A DNA stretch of 64,000 bases from Bdellovibrio sp. (GCA_020720455.1 DYOQ01000002.1:23736-87735); one strand, 5' to 3'. Numbered from the stretch's first letter, positions 42,780 to 51,752 are shown. Notes: generated by a model from the letters alone, not told the origin. Program-made: numbers and translations.

Positions 42780-44310
42780 TATCCACCAACCTGTTTAAAT
42801 CTTCATCAACCCCAACATACTTCGAATATCCTGACATCAATTTGCTAGTAGAATACCCACTAAATGACATCAGATACTCATCAACATTGACATCATTTTC
42901 TGCAACATTTCTATTATTAATAAGCGTAGCAATGATTTCAGTACCGATTTCATCACGTTTAATGATTTTATCTAAAATTCCTTGTTCCATATAATCTGAA
43001 AAATCTGCTTTCTCATTCGTACGATTCTCTTCCCATTCGGCATGAAGTCTTGGTGACGACGATAGAAGATGAGAAATAATATTATCACCCATTATTCCAC
43101 AAGCTCCACCCTCTACGATTGTTGTTTTTTGACCACCAAAGAATGGAGGTATTGAACTAACCGAAGCTCCACCATAACAACGGCCAGTAATAAACCCCTT
43201 TTTTAAATATGGATAATCAATTATATCTACCGTCATCTGAGTCATCTCTTCTAGTATCCCTTTATCATTTTCTTCTACGCGAGGATCTCCACCAGGAGTG
43301 TCAACTATTGTAAAGATCGGAAGCTTTAATTTTTTTAGCAAATTAAGAGCAAGCCTAAATTTTTTAATGGCCTCAACGGTAATCATGTTGGCCTTCCCTT
43401 TAGGATTCATGAAGGTTGCAAAATTATAAATTAGCATCTTATGCATATGAATTTTAACAACTGGGCTTAATTGTGAAAATAGCTCTATCCGAGTTGAACC
43501 AATTGCATCCAGTGTTGGGTCTGCATCAGCATTTGAACCGTGCCTACTAGATTCCACAAGCAAACCATTATCAACAACATTTGAAAATAGAAAAATTTCC
43601 CGAATCTTGCGGTTAACTTCCTCTTGAGAATCACAGATATCATGAACAATCGAATTTTTTTTCTGCTGCCTCTTACTAGAAGCTATCTCATCAAAATTTG
43701 CCTTTGCTCCAAAAAACATCTTAAAGACTTCTGGCCCCGTTAAATTTAGATGAGAATCCTCTGAAATTGCAAAGCGGTAATCTCCAAAAGTGTATAACAA
43801 TGCTCCAATGCCAAGTGCTCTTTTTTTCACTACAGTAATTAATAAATTATCCTTAACAAAATCCTTGAGAGCAGGAATCACTCGAAAGGCACCATCAAAA
43901 ACCTTTCGCCCCTCCATAATCCTTACCCCTATTGAATCGATAATAAATATTACAGGGGTCTCTTCATTTTTCATCTGCTTTAAAAATGCAACCATTCTTC
44001 TAGAATTTTCAGTTCCAAACCCGCCACCCTTAATCTTAAAATCATTAAGGACAACTCCGACACTTTTACCAGCAATGATACCTCTAGCTGTTATAATGCC
44101 ATCACACTCGGTTCTGATCGAGCCTGTTAGGTTTTCGCTTGGGAGATAGAGTTCTAGTGGAGTCCCTGTATCAAAAAGAGATTTAATTGTTGAAAGAAAC
44201 GACAAGGTATTATCTGTCAGTATAAATTCGTAGTTCAAAACAGCTCCTTTGTTCAACCTATATATAACACCCACTTTCGGCGAAAAAGCTATTCTTGTCG
44301 ATTTAATCAT
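42772..44310 (-). CDS. Carboxyltransferase-family protein (fused AccD-like + AccA-like halves, PccB-type)
   Basis: 512 aa. N-half: GKSVGVVLNDFKIKGGGFG...PVIFIIDSIGVRIMEG. C-half: LPIFTIVDTPGGDP...ITGRCYGGAS. AGGGGG RBS. First gene of the operon. Confidence 0.8.
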   Translation of the reverse strand: MIKSTRIAFSPKVGVIYRLNKGAVLNYEFILTDNTLSFLSTIKSLFDTGTPLELYLPSENLTGSIRTECDGIITARGIIAGKSVGVVLNDFKIKGGGFGTENSRRMVAFLKQMKNEETPVIFIIDSIGVRIMEGRKVFDGAFRVIPALKDFVKDNLLITVVKKRALGIGALLYTFGDYRFAISEDSHLNLTGPEVFKMFFGAKANFDEIASSKRQQKKNSIVHDICDSQEEVNRKIREIFLFSNVVDNGLLVESSRHGSNADADPTLDAIGSTRIELFSQLSPVVKIHMHKMLIYNFATFMNPKGKANMITVEAIKKFRLALNLLKKLKLPIFTIVDTPGGDPRVEENDKGILEEMTQMTVDIIDYPYLKKGFITGRCYGGASVSSIPPFFGGQKTTIVEGGACGIMGDNIISHLLSSSPRLHAEWEENRTNEKADFSDYMEQGILDKIIKRDEIGTEIIATLINNRNVAENDVNVDEYLMSFSGYSTSKLMSGYSKYVGVDEDLNRLVDNV

Positions 44311-44440
44311 TTAACAAACCCCCTGCATAACTGTCAAACAAGACATTTATGATAACTTTTTTAATATGGCAGTCTATACTACAAAAATGGGCCGGCCATT
44401 GTGTAATTAGCTTAAACATGTAATTTATACAGATTTTTTT

Positions 44441-45229
44441 TCAAGCAAAACTCATTGCCCTGGTAAAAGCTGCCTGTAACGCTTTTTCAAAAATAGTCTC
44501 TAAACAGTGTTCTTTGAAAATATTCAATGCTGCTTCAGTTGTGCCACCTGGACTTGTAACATTAACTCTTAACTCTTCAGGAGAAAGTGAACTTGAGAGC
44601 AAAAGTTCAGCAGATCCTGCAATCATTTCACCGATAAGTTTAACCGCAAGGGAACGCTCCACGCCCTCCCTAACTAAAACTTCACTCATAATTCTTACTA
44701 TCTCAAAAATATAAGCTGGGCCTGATCCAGTATGTCCTGTTGTTATATCGATCATAGTTTCATCAGTAAATGGATGAAAAAAAGGCCCCATTTTTAAAAA
44801 CATATATTTAACAAGATCTAAATCAATATTTGAAAGAGATTTGTCAAAAAATGCTGTGATCACACCTTTTCCAACTAATACTGGAGTACTCGGCATTATT
44901 CTAATCGCCCGTGAAGATCCTAATGATTTAGAAATAAGATCTAAGCGCTTTCCGGCCAACATTGAAACAATCAATCTATTTTTCGTTATCATTGAAATCT
45001 GTGAAGCAAGATTTTCAAACTGATTTGGCTTACACCCAATTATAAAAATATCTGCTTTTGCCAAATCAAGAGGAGTCGTTACACTCTTGCCTCCAATCGT
45101 ATCTGCCAACGCTTCTGCTTTTTCACTCTGTGGATCAAAGCAAAGAAACTCTTTAAATGGAGGGAGCCTCTTGGCAAGAGCGCTCCCCATATTGCCACAT
45201 CCACAAATGGCGACAGATAAATTGTGCAA
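44441..45229 (-). CDS. proC: Pyrroline-5-carboxylate reductase
   Basis: 262 aa. VAICGCGNMGSAL Rossmann motif and the C-terminal SPGGTTEAAL signature. TTG start directly after the putA stop. Confidence 0.9.
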   Translation of the reverse strand: MHNLSVAICGCGNMGSALAKRLPPFKEFLCFDPQSEKAEALADTIGGKSVTTPLDLAKADIFIIGCKPNQFENLASQISMITKNRLIVSMLAGKRLDLISKSLGSSRAIRIMPSTPVLVGKGVITAFFDKSLSNIDLDLVKYMFLKMGPFFHPFTDETMIDITTGHTGSGPAYIFEIVRIMSEVLVREGVERSLAVKLIGEMIAGSAELLLSSSLSPEELRVNVTSPGGTTEAALNIFKEHCLETIFEKALQAAFTRAMSFA

Positions 45230-48200
45230 TTATAACTCTAAATTTAAAGGTGCCCCATGCCTCATCGTATTAACGGCAAGAGATCTCTCCCAACAAAACT
45301 GCCGTAAATAAGTATAAAAATCATCAACATCAGGAGATTCATAAGGAGTAACAAACGATGTCATTACCTTTTCATCAAAACTGTTATCATAAACAGTGTT
45401 TAGCGCATCTTGAACGTTTGCATCAGAACCACTCACTATAACACAAGCAAGATAGTTATCTTTTAGGGCCTTGTCTAACAAGGTTTCTGTTGGAAAAAAC
45501 ACATTCAAATTCTCTTTAGAAATTCCGGCCTTTTCAAAATGTTTAATAAACAATGACCACCAAACAAAAGATCTTTGGTTTCTTGCCAAAACAGTTACAC
45601 CTGTTCCAACACTTATTGCAGATAACACTTGTAAAAGAGTCCTAATACCAGGCATCTCATTGTAAGCAACAACGATCGCCTTCTCTCTTGGTAAGAAATA
45701 GTTGTTATAACTAAGTTGTCCAGGGATGGCCTTATTGGAATGTTTTTCCCCAACAAAACCTACTAGCTGGCCATCTAACCAATCTCTAAAATTCGAAATA
45801 ACCTCTTTGTTACTAGAATTAACACCTTTAAAAATTGTTTCAAAATGTAACAAGACTGAGCTAAATGCTCTTTTCAGTCTAAGTAGCCTTGCATCTGCAC
45901 CAAGCCCTGATTTTTTACAAAGATCAAAAATGTAATCATTTCCTTTTTCAATCTGAGTATCACTCTTATTAACCTCATCAGCTGGAAGAAGATGGAATGA
46001 GCTTAAATACCCTGTTCCACCGGCCTTTGGCCCAGTTCCTGATAGTTTAAAACCACCAAATGGTTCAATTCCTACTCTAGCTCCTGTAATTGATCTATTA
46101 ACATAGACATTACCAACTTCCATTCTTTCTACTAAGTAATCAATATCATCTTGTGACTGACTAAATATTCCGCCTGTAAGAGCGTACTCTGTATTGTTAA
46201 ATAGCTTTATCGCTTCATCTAAATCATCAAAGCCGATAACGTGAAGTGCTGGGCCAAATAGCTCTTTATTTGCGTAGCTATCTGGTTGTAGTGCTCTTTT
46301 TGCAGGAAGCTCAATGACTGCCGGGCCAACACAAAAACCAGGAAGATTATCTTTAGATCTATCTGCAACAACTTTTCCACCAAAGTTCAGGGCCTCTTTT
46401 GAAGCAGCCTCAATCTCAGTTCTAAGTCTTCGCTTATCAGCTTCACATATAACCGGATTAACAGTAGTTGAAAATTTATACGCCTCAGCGACCTCAAGAT
46501 CATTAACTGCCTCTTTTAATCTTTCCAGCAATCTATCTTTAACTCTATTATCGACTAAAACTCTAGAAGCAGCAGAACACTTTTGTCCGCTATGGGCAAA
46601 TGATGAATAAAGAATTCCAGAAACCGTCTCATCTAATTCCGCATTTGCAGTAACGATGATCGCGTTTTTGCCACCCATCTCTGTAATAACTTTTGCCGGA
46701 AAACTTACATTGAATAGTTTGTTTTCAACAATTCGCTTACCAAGCTTATGAGCAATTCTCATCCCAACTTCTTTAGAACCTGTAAAGACTACGCCACTTA
46801 TATATTCGTGCTCGATTAAAACATCCCCAATTGCTGAACCTTGACCTGGCAAGTGAATCAAAACATTTTTTGGAACTCCTGCTTCGTGCATGATATCGAC
46901 AAATTTTTGCGCTATTAACGGTGTATGTTTTGCTGATTTTAAAACAACACTATTACCAGCAACTAGTGCGCTTGTCGCCATACCGCAAGGAATCGCTAAA
47001 GGAAAATTCCAAGGAGCAACGACAGCAAAGACACCTCTTGAAATAATGGTTGGATTCTTCTTATTAAGCCTTCTCTCCTCTCTTGCATAAAAATTCAAAA
47101 AATCTACAGCTTCATCAACATCTGCCAAAGATTCTGGAATTGATTTTCCTGCTTCGTAACAAATCAGGGCCGCAAGATCATTTCTTCTTGCCACCATTAC
47201 TGATGCTGCTTTTAATAGAACACTTGCTCTTACTATCCAGTTGGCCTTTGCCCAACTACCATTTAAGTATGACTCATTAGCAAGCTCAACTGCCATGGCC
47301 GCATCTTTTGCTGTTGCAAATCTAATTTTACCAATAATAAGCTCTGGCCCAGACGAGGAAATAATCTCATGCCAATCTCCGCTAATTTCAAAACTATTTG
47401 GATATTCGCCACCAACATTCTCTTTAAATCTATCCAAAGAACATTTCATCCAATCTCTAGACTCTTTAACATAAAGTCGAAGGGGGGCAACATTAAAAAA
47501 TGCTGTAGTAAGTTCAGACATTGTAAGATTACGAACTAGCTCCCCTTTTTTCTTCTTTGAAGAGTGAACTTTATTAGGCGAATCAACACTCTGTGTTTTT
47601 CTATGTGATCTCATTATGGTTAAAACACCAACCTGCGATGAGTTCTCCATAATTCTTCTAACCAAGTAGGCCATCCCAACCAACAAACTACCAACTGGGA
47701 CGTAGTTTCTAACTGCAACCCCCATTTTGCTTAAACCATTTGAAAGCGCTTCATAAGTCATGTGAAGACATTGATGCTCAACAATCGGTGCTGATGGGAA
47801 AAGAGTCTCTCTTGCCACCATGGCAAAACAGTGATCAAGATAGTTATGAGAAGCTACCGCAAGAGTCAGATATTTACCCTCTTCAAGAATCTTAACAATC
47901 AACTGTCTAAAATGAATATCGGTCTCTTCTTTATTCAAAAATTCAGGAGCATCAAAACTATGAGCATCAGCGTGAATTGTTTCTGCATCCCAATATGCCC
48001 CCTTAACGATTCTTACAGGCATATTAATTCTTCGCTCTTTTGCCAAACTAATAATATCTTGTAAGTGAACATATGCATCTCTTAAATATGCTTGCAATAC
48101 AATTCCGGTTTTCGCAAAATCTTGTAACTCTGGCGTCTCAAGTAACACTCGTCTATAAACGTAAAAGACAATGTCTCGATAATCGTAATGTTCAGCATCG

Positions 48201-49432
48201 ATATTTAAGAAGACATCCTCTTGCTTTGCTGCAAGAAGGATCTTTTTTAATCTTGGTGCTACTTTCCCGTATGTGTACTCTTGAGCATGAGGTTTAAAAT
48301 CGTTGCTAAGCGCTGAGACTTTAATAGAAACGTACGCTCTATTCATACCTGCTCTATTTTTTGCACCTCTATCAACGTGAAGTGAAAAACCACGAATCAG
48401 TCTTATTACCTCTTCACAATAATTATCTGCCTCTTTATTAGAGACAACCAACTCACCTAACTGATCAAGGCTGACATCTCTTTCAGTTGCATATAAAACC
48501 TTTAATGATTGCTCCGCTTTTTCAATACTCTCACCCGCAATAAATCTTTTTGCCATTAGCTTCACTAGATACCTTACGACAAAGGTCAAAATATTAGGTG
48601 GAGTAAATTTTGAAAGATTAAACACCATGTTAAAAAAAACTACAGCAGAATCTGTAAGAGGCCTTTCTTGACCTTTCCTCTTAAGGTTTTTGGCTTTTTC
48701 TGAATCAATTAACAATCGTCTAATCGACTCTAATAAAATTCTTTTTACCTCAACTCCACTTTTATCGTAATCAAGAGATGGTAAAATTGCCAAAAACTTA
48801 AGCATGTGAATTCTAAGAAGTGCAAAATTTGCAGTAAGGTTCAACCCCCAATCACTAAGTTTTTCAAATATTGACTGTTTGTACGATCGCATGTGCGCAA
48901 GCAGTTCTTCTGCTCTTTCGTGAGTTTTGCTCTCTAGTTGCTTATACTCTTCACCATTTAATAGATCTGGTAGTGAAAACTTTTTGGTAATAATATCAAC
49001 ATCTGATGAAAAATTTATATGTGAAAGAGATGCGGCCTTATTAACATGATTTTCAAGCGCCTGATGATCTTTACAAAAAACTCCTTCAACTTTTTTACAG
49101 ACCTCTAGCTCTTGCAATAAGAATAGCTCTCTTCCTAGGCGAGGAGAATAAAATCTCACCTCTCTATCTTTAAAAAAAATGCCAATTAAAGTGGTGAGTC
49201 CTTTTATATCTAGCTGAAGTCTAAAATCATTAAGTCCTTCTGCCATGTATGGTGCTAATTTAAACTTAACATCATTATCAATTTCTCCAGAACTATTTAA
49301 AAGTGTCTCTGAAAACTCTTCATAAAAATAAAAAGACCACGATGTGTCCCCACTATAATTTGTTAATCTCTTGCTAACAATTTTTGGTAAAACAGGTAGT
49401 AGAGATTCTACTTCACCGCCTACATTTCTCAT
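45230..49432 (-). CDS. putA: Bifunctional proline dehydrogenase / L-glutamate-gamma-semialdehyde dehydrogenase PutA (long form, ~1400 aa)
   Basis: PRODH barrel region (SIKVSAL..., VKGAYWD). ALDH domain (VAPWNFPLAIP, EMGGKNAIIV, GQKCSAASRV). Plus a ~280-aa C-terminal domain. Start set at ATG 49432, preceded by GGAGGAAAA; the track start 49522 adds 30 unlikely codons. Confidence 0.9.
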   Translation of the reverse strand: MRNVGGEVESLLPVLPKIVSKRLTNYSGDTSWSFYFYEEFSETLLNSSGEIDNDVKFKLAPYMAEGLNDFRLQLDIKGLTTLIGIFFKDREVRFYSPRLGRELFLLQELEVCKKVEGVFCKDHQALENHVNKAASLSHINFSSDVDIITKKFSLPDLLNGEEYKQLESKTHERAEELLAHMRSYKQSIFEKLSDWGLNLTANFALLRIHMLKFLAILPSLDYDKSGVEVKRILLESIRRLLIDSEKAKNLKRKGQERPLTDSAVVFFNMVFNLSKFTPPNILTFVVRYLVKLMAKRFIAGESIEKAEQSLKVLYATERDVSLDQLGELVVSNKEADNYCEEVIRLIRGFSLHVDRGAKNRAGMNRAYVSIKVSALSNDFKPHAQEYTYGKVAPRLKKILLAAKQEDVFLNIDAEHYDYRDIVFYVYRRVLLETPELQDFAKTGIVLQAYLRDAYVHLQDIISLAKERRINMPVRIVKGAYWDAETIHADAHSFDAPEFLNKEETDIHFRQLIVKILEEGKYLTLAVASHNYLDHCFAMVARETLFPSAPIVEHQCLHMTYEALSNGLSKMGVAVRNYVPVGSLLVGMAYLVRRIMENSSQVGVLTIMRSHRKTQSVDSPNKVHSSKKKKGELVRNLTMSELTTAFFNVAPLRLYVKESRDWMKCSLDRFKENVGGEYPNSFEISGDWHEIISSSGPELIIGKIRFATAKDAAMAVELANESYLNGSWAKANWIVRASVLLKAASVMVARRNDLAALICYEAGKSIPESLADVDEAVDFLNFYAREERRLNKKNPTIISRGVFAVVAPWNFPLAIPCGMATSALVAGNSVVLKSAKHTPLIAQKFVDIMHEAGVPKNVLIHLPGQGSAIGDVLIEHEYISGVVFTGSKEVGMRIAHKLGKRIVENKLFNVSFPAKVITEMGGKNAIIVTANAELDETVSGILYSSFAHSGQKCSAASRVLVDNRVKDRLLERLKEAVNDLEVAEAYKFSTTVNPVICEADKRRLRTEIEAASKEALNFGGKVVADRSKDNLPGFCVGPAVIELPAKRALQPDSYANKELFGPALHVIGFDDLDEAIKLFNNTEYALTGGIFSQSQDDIDYLVERMEVGNVYVNRSITGARVGIEPFGGFKLSGTGPKAGGTGYLSSFHLLPADEVNKSDTQIEKGNDYIFDLCKKSGLGADARLLRLKRAFSSVLLHFETIFKGVNSSNKEVISNFRDWLDGQLVGFVGEKHSNKAIPGQLSYNNYFLPREKAIVVAYNEMPGIRTLLQVLSAISVGTGVTVLARNQRSFVWWSLFIKHFEKAGISKENLNVFFPTETLLDKALKDNYLACVIVSGSDANVQDALNTVYDNSFDEKVMTSFVTPYESPDVDDFYTYLRQFCWERSLAVNTMRHGAPLNLEL

Positions 49433-49575
49433 TTTTCCTCCAGTCGAAATGCGCTCACATTGCACGAATATATTTGAAACATAAATTTTTACCCTAGCTT
49501 TCACAATTAGTCTATTCGTCATTAATAAAGAACTATCATTGACTGACAGAGTCGTACATCTTAAGATATTTTAAT

Positions 49576-50763
49576 ATGTCGTTAAAAAAAATTGTACTAC
49601 TCCACTCGATATTAATACTTGGAATCGCCTTACCGTATAAGGCCAATTTCTCTGCCTTATACACAATCAAAGACCTTGAAATTTTAGAACGGGCCAATGA
49701 TTATAGTGAGTTTCTTTCTCATGCTAAAGATATCCCTCCCACCAAGAGGGATTCTCACTGGAAAGAGATGGTTCAAGGTGTCGCAGAAAAATTCGTTGTC
49801 GATTGCGAAAAAAATAGTCGTTTTGAAGAGAAATGGTTCTCCTACATAGAGTCACTACTAATGTGGCCAGAAATAATTAGTGATGTAATTTTTCTAAATA
49901 ATAGAGCTTCATACGGAGTAAAGTACTTAGATTACTGCCTAACAAAGAAAATTGATGAAAAGTGCAAAGATGAAGTTAGTAAATTTTGGAAAAGAACCCC
50001 AGGTCAAGACCCTTATCTTGCAACCGGCCTCTTAACGCTGATCGGAAAATATAAGATCAGCACAGATACTTGGCCATTATATTCCACAATTGCTCGCTCA
50101 GATGGCTCAACATTTCTATGTAGGCGCCAAGATGTAAAAGATAGCTTGATCCAAGAGTTAATTACTAGAATTGATAAAAAAGCTCAGGGAGTCTTACTTC
50201 CCAATCAAGATTTACAAATAATAATTTATGAAATAATGAACGATGATTGTTGGGCCGAACTAAAAAAAGATTTAGTCACATCCCTCTACTCAAAATCACC
50301 GCTAAGAAGAGAGATCAGCTTTACTCTTCTTTATGGCCAAAATAGTTTATCTCAGGATGAAATCGATACTTTTTCTGCATTCTTCATTCTCTCAGGTCCA
50401 ACTGCTGGGCCTATCTTTAATATCGCCTGGAATAATGTTAAAAATCTTGGATTAAATTTTGAAAGAAGAAATGAAGTTTTAAAAAAACTACAATTGATGG
50501 ACCCTCTTCCTGGTGAGTTATTTAATATTTTTGACCAAAAGAAAAAGACCATCCTCTTAAATCATTTGCATAAAAATTTTCCTGAATATCTTGATCATTA
50601 TGCTAAGACTTGTATCGACTATTTATCTGGAAAAAATAAATTCCCAAATGGTAATCCAACCATTCAATGTAAAGATTTTTTTAAAAATGTATCTGGGACA
50701 GATCTAATTAGCAGTAAACTTCAACAAGAATACATGTCCATCAATATAAATAACTCAAAATAA
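49576..50763 (+). CDS. Secreted hypothetical protein
   Basis: 395 aa. Signal peptide MSLKKIVLLHSILILGIALPYKA. No recognisable motif. Confidence 0.65.
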   Translation: MSLKKIVLLHSILILGIALPYKANFSALYTIKDLEILERANDYSEFLSHAKDIPPTKRDSHWKEMVQGVAEKFVVDCEKNSRFEEKWFSYIESLLMWPEIISDVIFLNNRASYGVKYLDYCLTKKIDEKCKDEVSKFWKRTPGQDPYLATGLLTLIGKYKISTDTWPLYSTIARSDGSTFLCRRQDVKDSLIQELITRIDKKAQGVLLPNQDLQIIIYEIMNDDCWAELKKDLVTSLYSKSPLRREISFTLLYGQNSLSQDEIDTFSAFFILSGPTAGPIFNIAWNNVKNLGLNFERRNEVLKKLQLMDPLPGELFNIFDQKKKTILLNHLHKNFPEYLDHYAKTCIDYLSGKNKFPNGNPTIQCKDFFKNVSGTDLISSKLQQEYMSININNSK

Positions 50764-50790
50764 AAAGGACCAGCAAACGCCAGTCCCTTC
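50762..50790 (-). terminator. Possible rho-independent terminator for the SWIB gene
   Basis: Minus strand reads GGGACTGGC-GTTT-GCTGGTCC followed by TTTTTATTTT. The stem has 6 of 8 pairs with an internal mismatch. Confidence 0.35.
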
Positions 50791-50813
50791 AATTACATTA
50801 GAAATCTTTTAAT

Positions 50814-51209
50814 TTATTTTAGATGTTTTCCAATAAATTTTGCCATTTCGAACATAGAAACAGTCGACTTACCCATAACAACTTTCATTACGTCGTCACA
50901 GTTAATGTTTCTTTTGTTTTTTGTATCTTGAAGATTGTTCTTCTTGATGTAGTCCCAAAGCTTCTTCATAACTTGAGTTCTTGGCAATGGCTTTGGACCA
51001 GTAATTTTTGCCAAATCAGCTGATGGAGTAAGTGGCTTCATAAACGCAGCATTTGGCTTTCTTTTTGTCTTCGCCTTTACTTTTTTTGCTACTTTCTTAG
51101 TCGCTACTTTCTTTGTTGCCTTCTTGGCCACTTTCTTTGTTGTAGCTTTTTTTGCTACTTTCTTCGTTGCCTTCTTCGTCGCCTTCTTCGTTGCCTTCTT
51201 CGTCGCCAC
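50814..51209 (-). CDS. Histone-H1-like Lys/Ala-rich tail fused to a SWIB/MDM2 domain
   Basis: 131 aa. GTG start with AGGAGG 5 nt upstream. The N-terminal 50 aa are (KKAT/KKVA) repeats. The C-terminal part, FMKPLTPSADLAKITGPKPLPRTQVMKKLWDYIKKNNLQDTKNKRNINCDDVMKVV...MFEMAKFIGKHL, is very close to the chlamydial stand-alone SWIB protein as I recall it. Confidence 0.9.
   Translation of the reverse strand: MATKKATKKATKKATKKVAKKATTKKVAKKATKKVATKKVAKKVKAKTKRKPNAAFMKPLTPSADLAKITGPKPLPRTQVMKKLWDYIKKNNLQDTKNKRNINCDDVMKVVMGKSTVSMFEMAKFIGKHLK
51070..51206. repeat. Imperfect 12-nt (and multiples) tandem repeats encoding the KKAT/KKVA tail
   Basis: The units GCCTTCTTCGT(C/T) at 51169-51180, 51181-51192 and 51193-51204 are near-identical. 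More degenerate copies extend to ~51070. Confidence 0.8.
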
Positions 51210-51311
51210 AAAAACCTCCTAAAAATTTAGTGGATAATATTCCTAAAAAACTCGTAACCTCATCGTAAAAATATTCACTTACTTAAACAAAATCTCCACG
51301 CTATAGATATA

Positions 51312-51752
51312 TTATTTTATATTTTTCACCCATTCGACAATATTTTTATTACTTTCAAGGTTACCTTTTTTTTCATACCCATGACTTTCATTAAGCGAGT
51401 ACATCCTAAAGTTATCAATTCTACAGTAGTGAACAACCTTTTTCAGACGTGATTCCTTCGCCCTTATCTCAAAAAAATTCTTAATTTCATGAGAGTAACC
51501 ACTCCCTTGAAACTCTCTTTTAACCGAAGTGTTTTTGGTAAGAAGAGCGTCTCCGTCCTCCATAACCAGCATGGCAGCAACAATCTCTTTATCAACACTA
51601 GCGGCATAAACTTCCCATCCGCTTTTAACTTCGTGTTGAAGCCCTTGAACAGTCCAGTCAAAATCAAACGAGTCACTAAAGGCATCCAGATTAAATCCCA
51701 TAACCTCATCCAACTCTTTCTTCGATTTTAAGAGCTTAAATTTTAACGTCAA
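51312..51752 (-). CDS. GNAT-family N-acetyltransferase
   Basis: 146 aa. Size and the acetyl-CoA loop-like motif REFQGSGYSHE fit the GNAT fold. TTG start with GGAG. Confidence 0.65.
   Translation of the reverse strand: MTLKFKLLKSKKELDEVMGFNLDAFSDSFDFDWTVQGLQHEVKSGWEVYAASVDKEIVAAMLVMEDGDALLTKNTSVKREFQGSGYSHEIKNFFEIRAKESRLKKVVHYCRIDNFRMYSLNESHGYEKKGNLESNKNIVEWVKNIK

Noticed and set aside
49433-49522. 30-codon N-terminal extension of putA given by the ORF track (MTNRLIVKARVK...)
   Set aside because: There is no RBS. The internal ATG at 49432 is preceded by GGAGGAAAA, and the extension has no similarity to PutA N-termini I know.
51464-51731. 81-aa (-) and 80-aa (+) ORFs overlapping the GNAT gene
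   Set aside because: They are alternative-frame or antisense ORFs inside a gene with a plausible GNAT motif and RBS, with no independent support.
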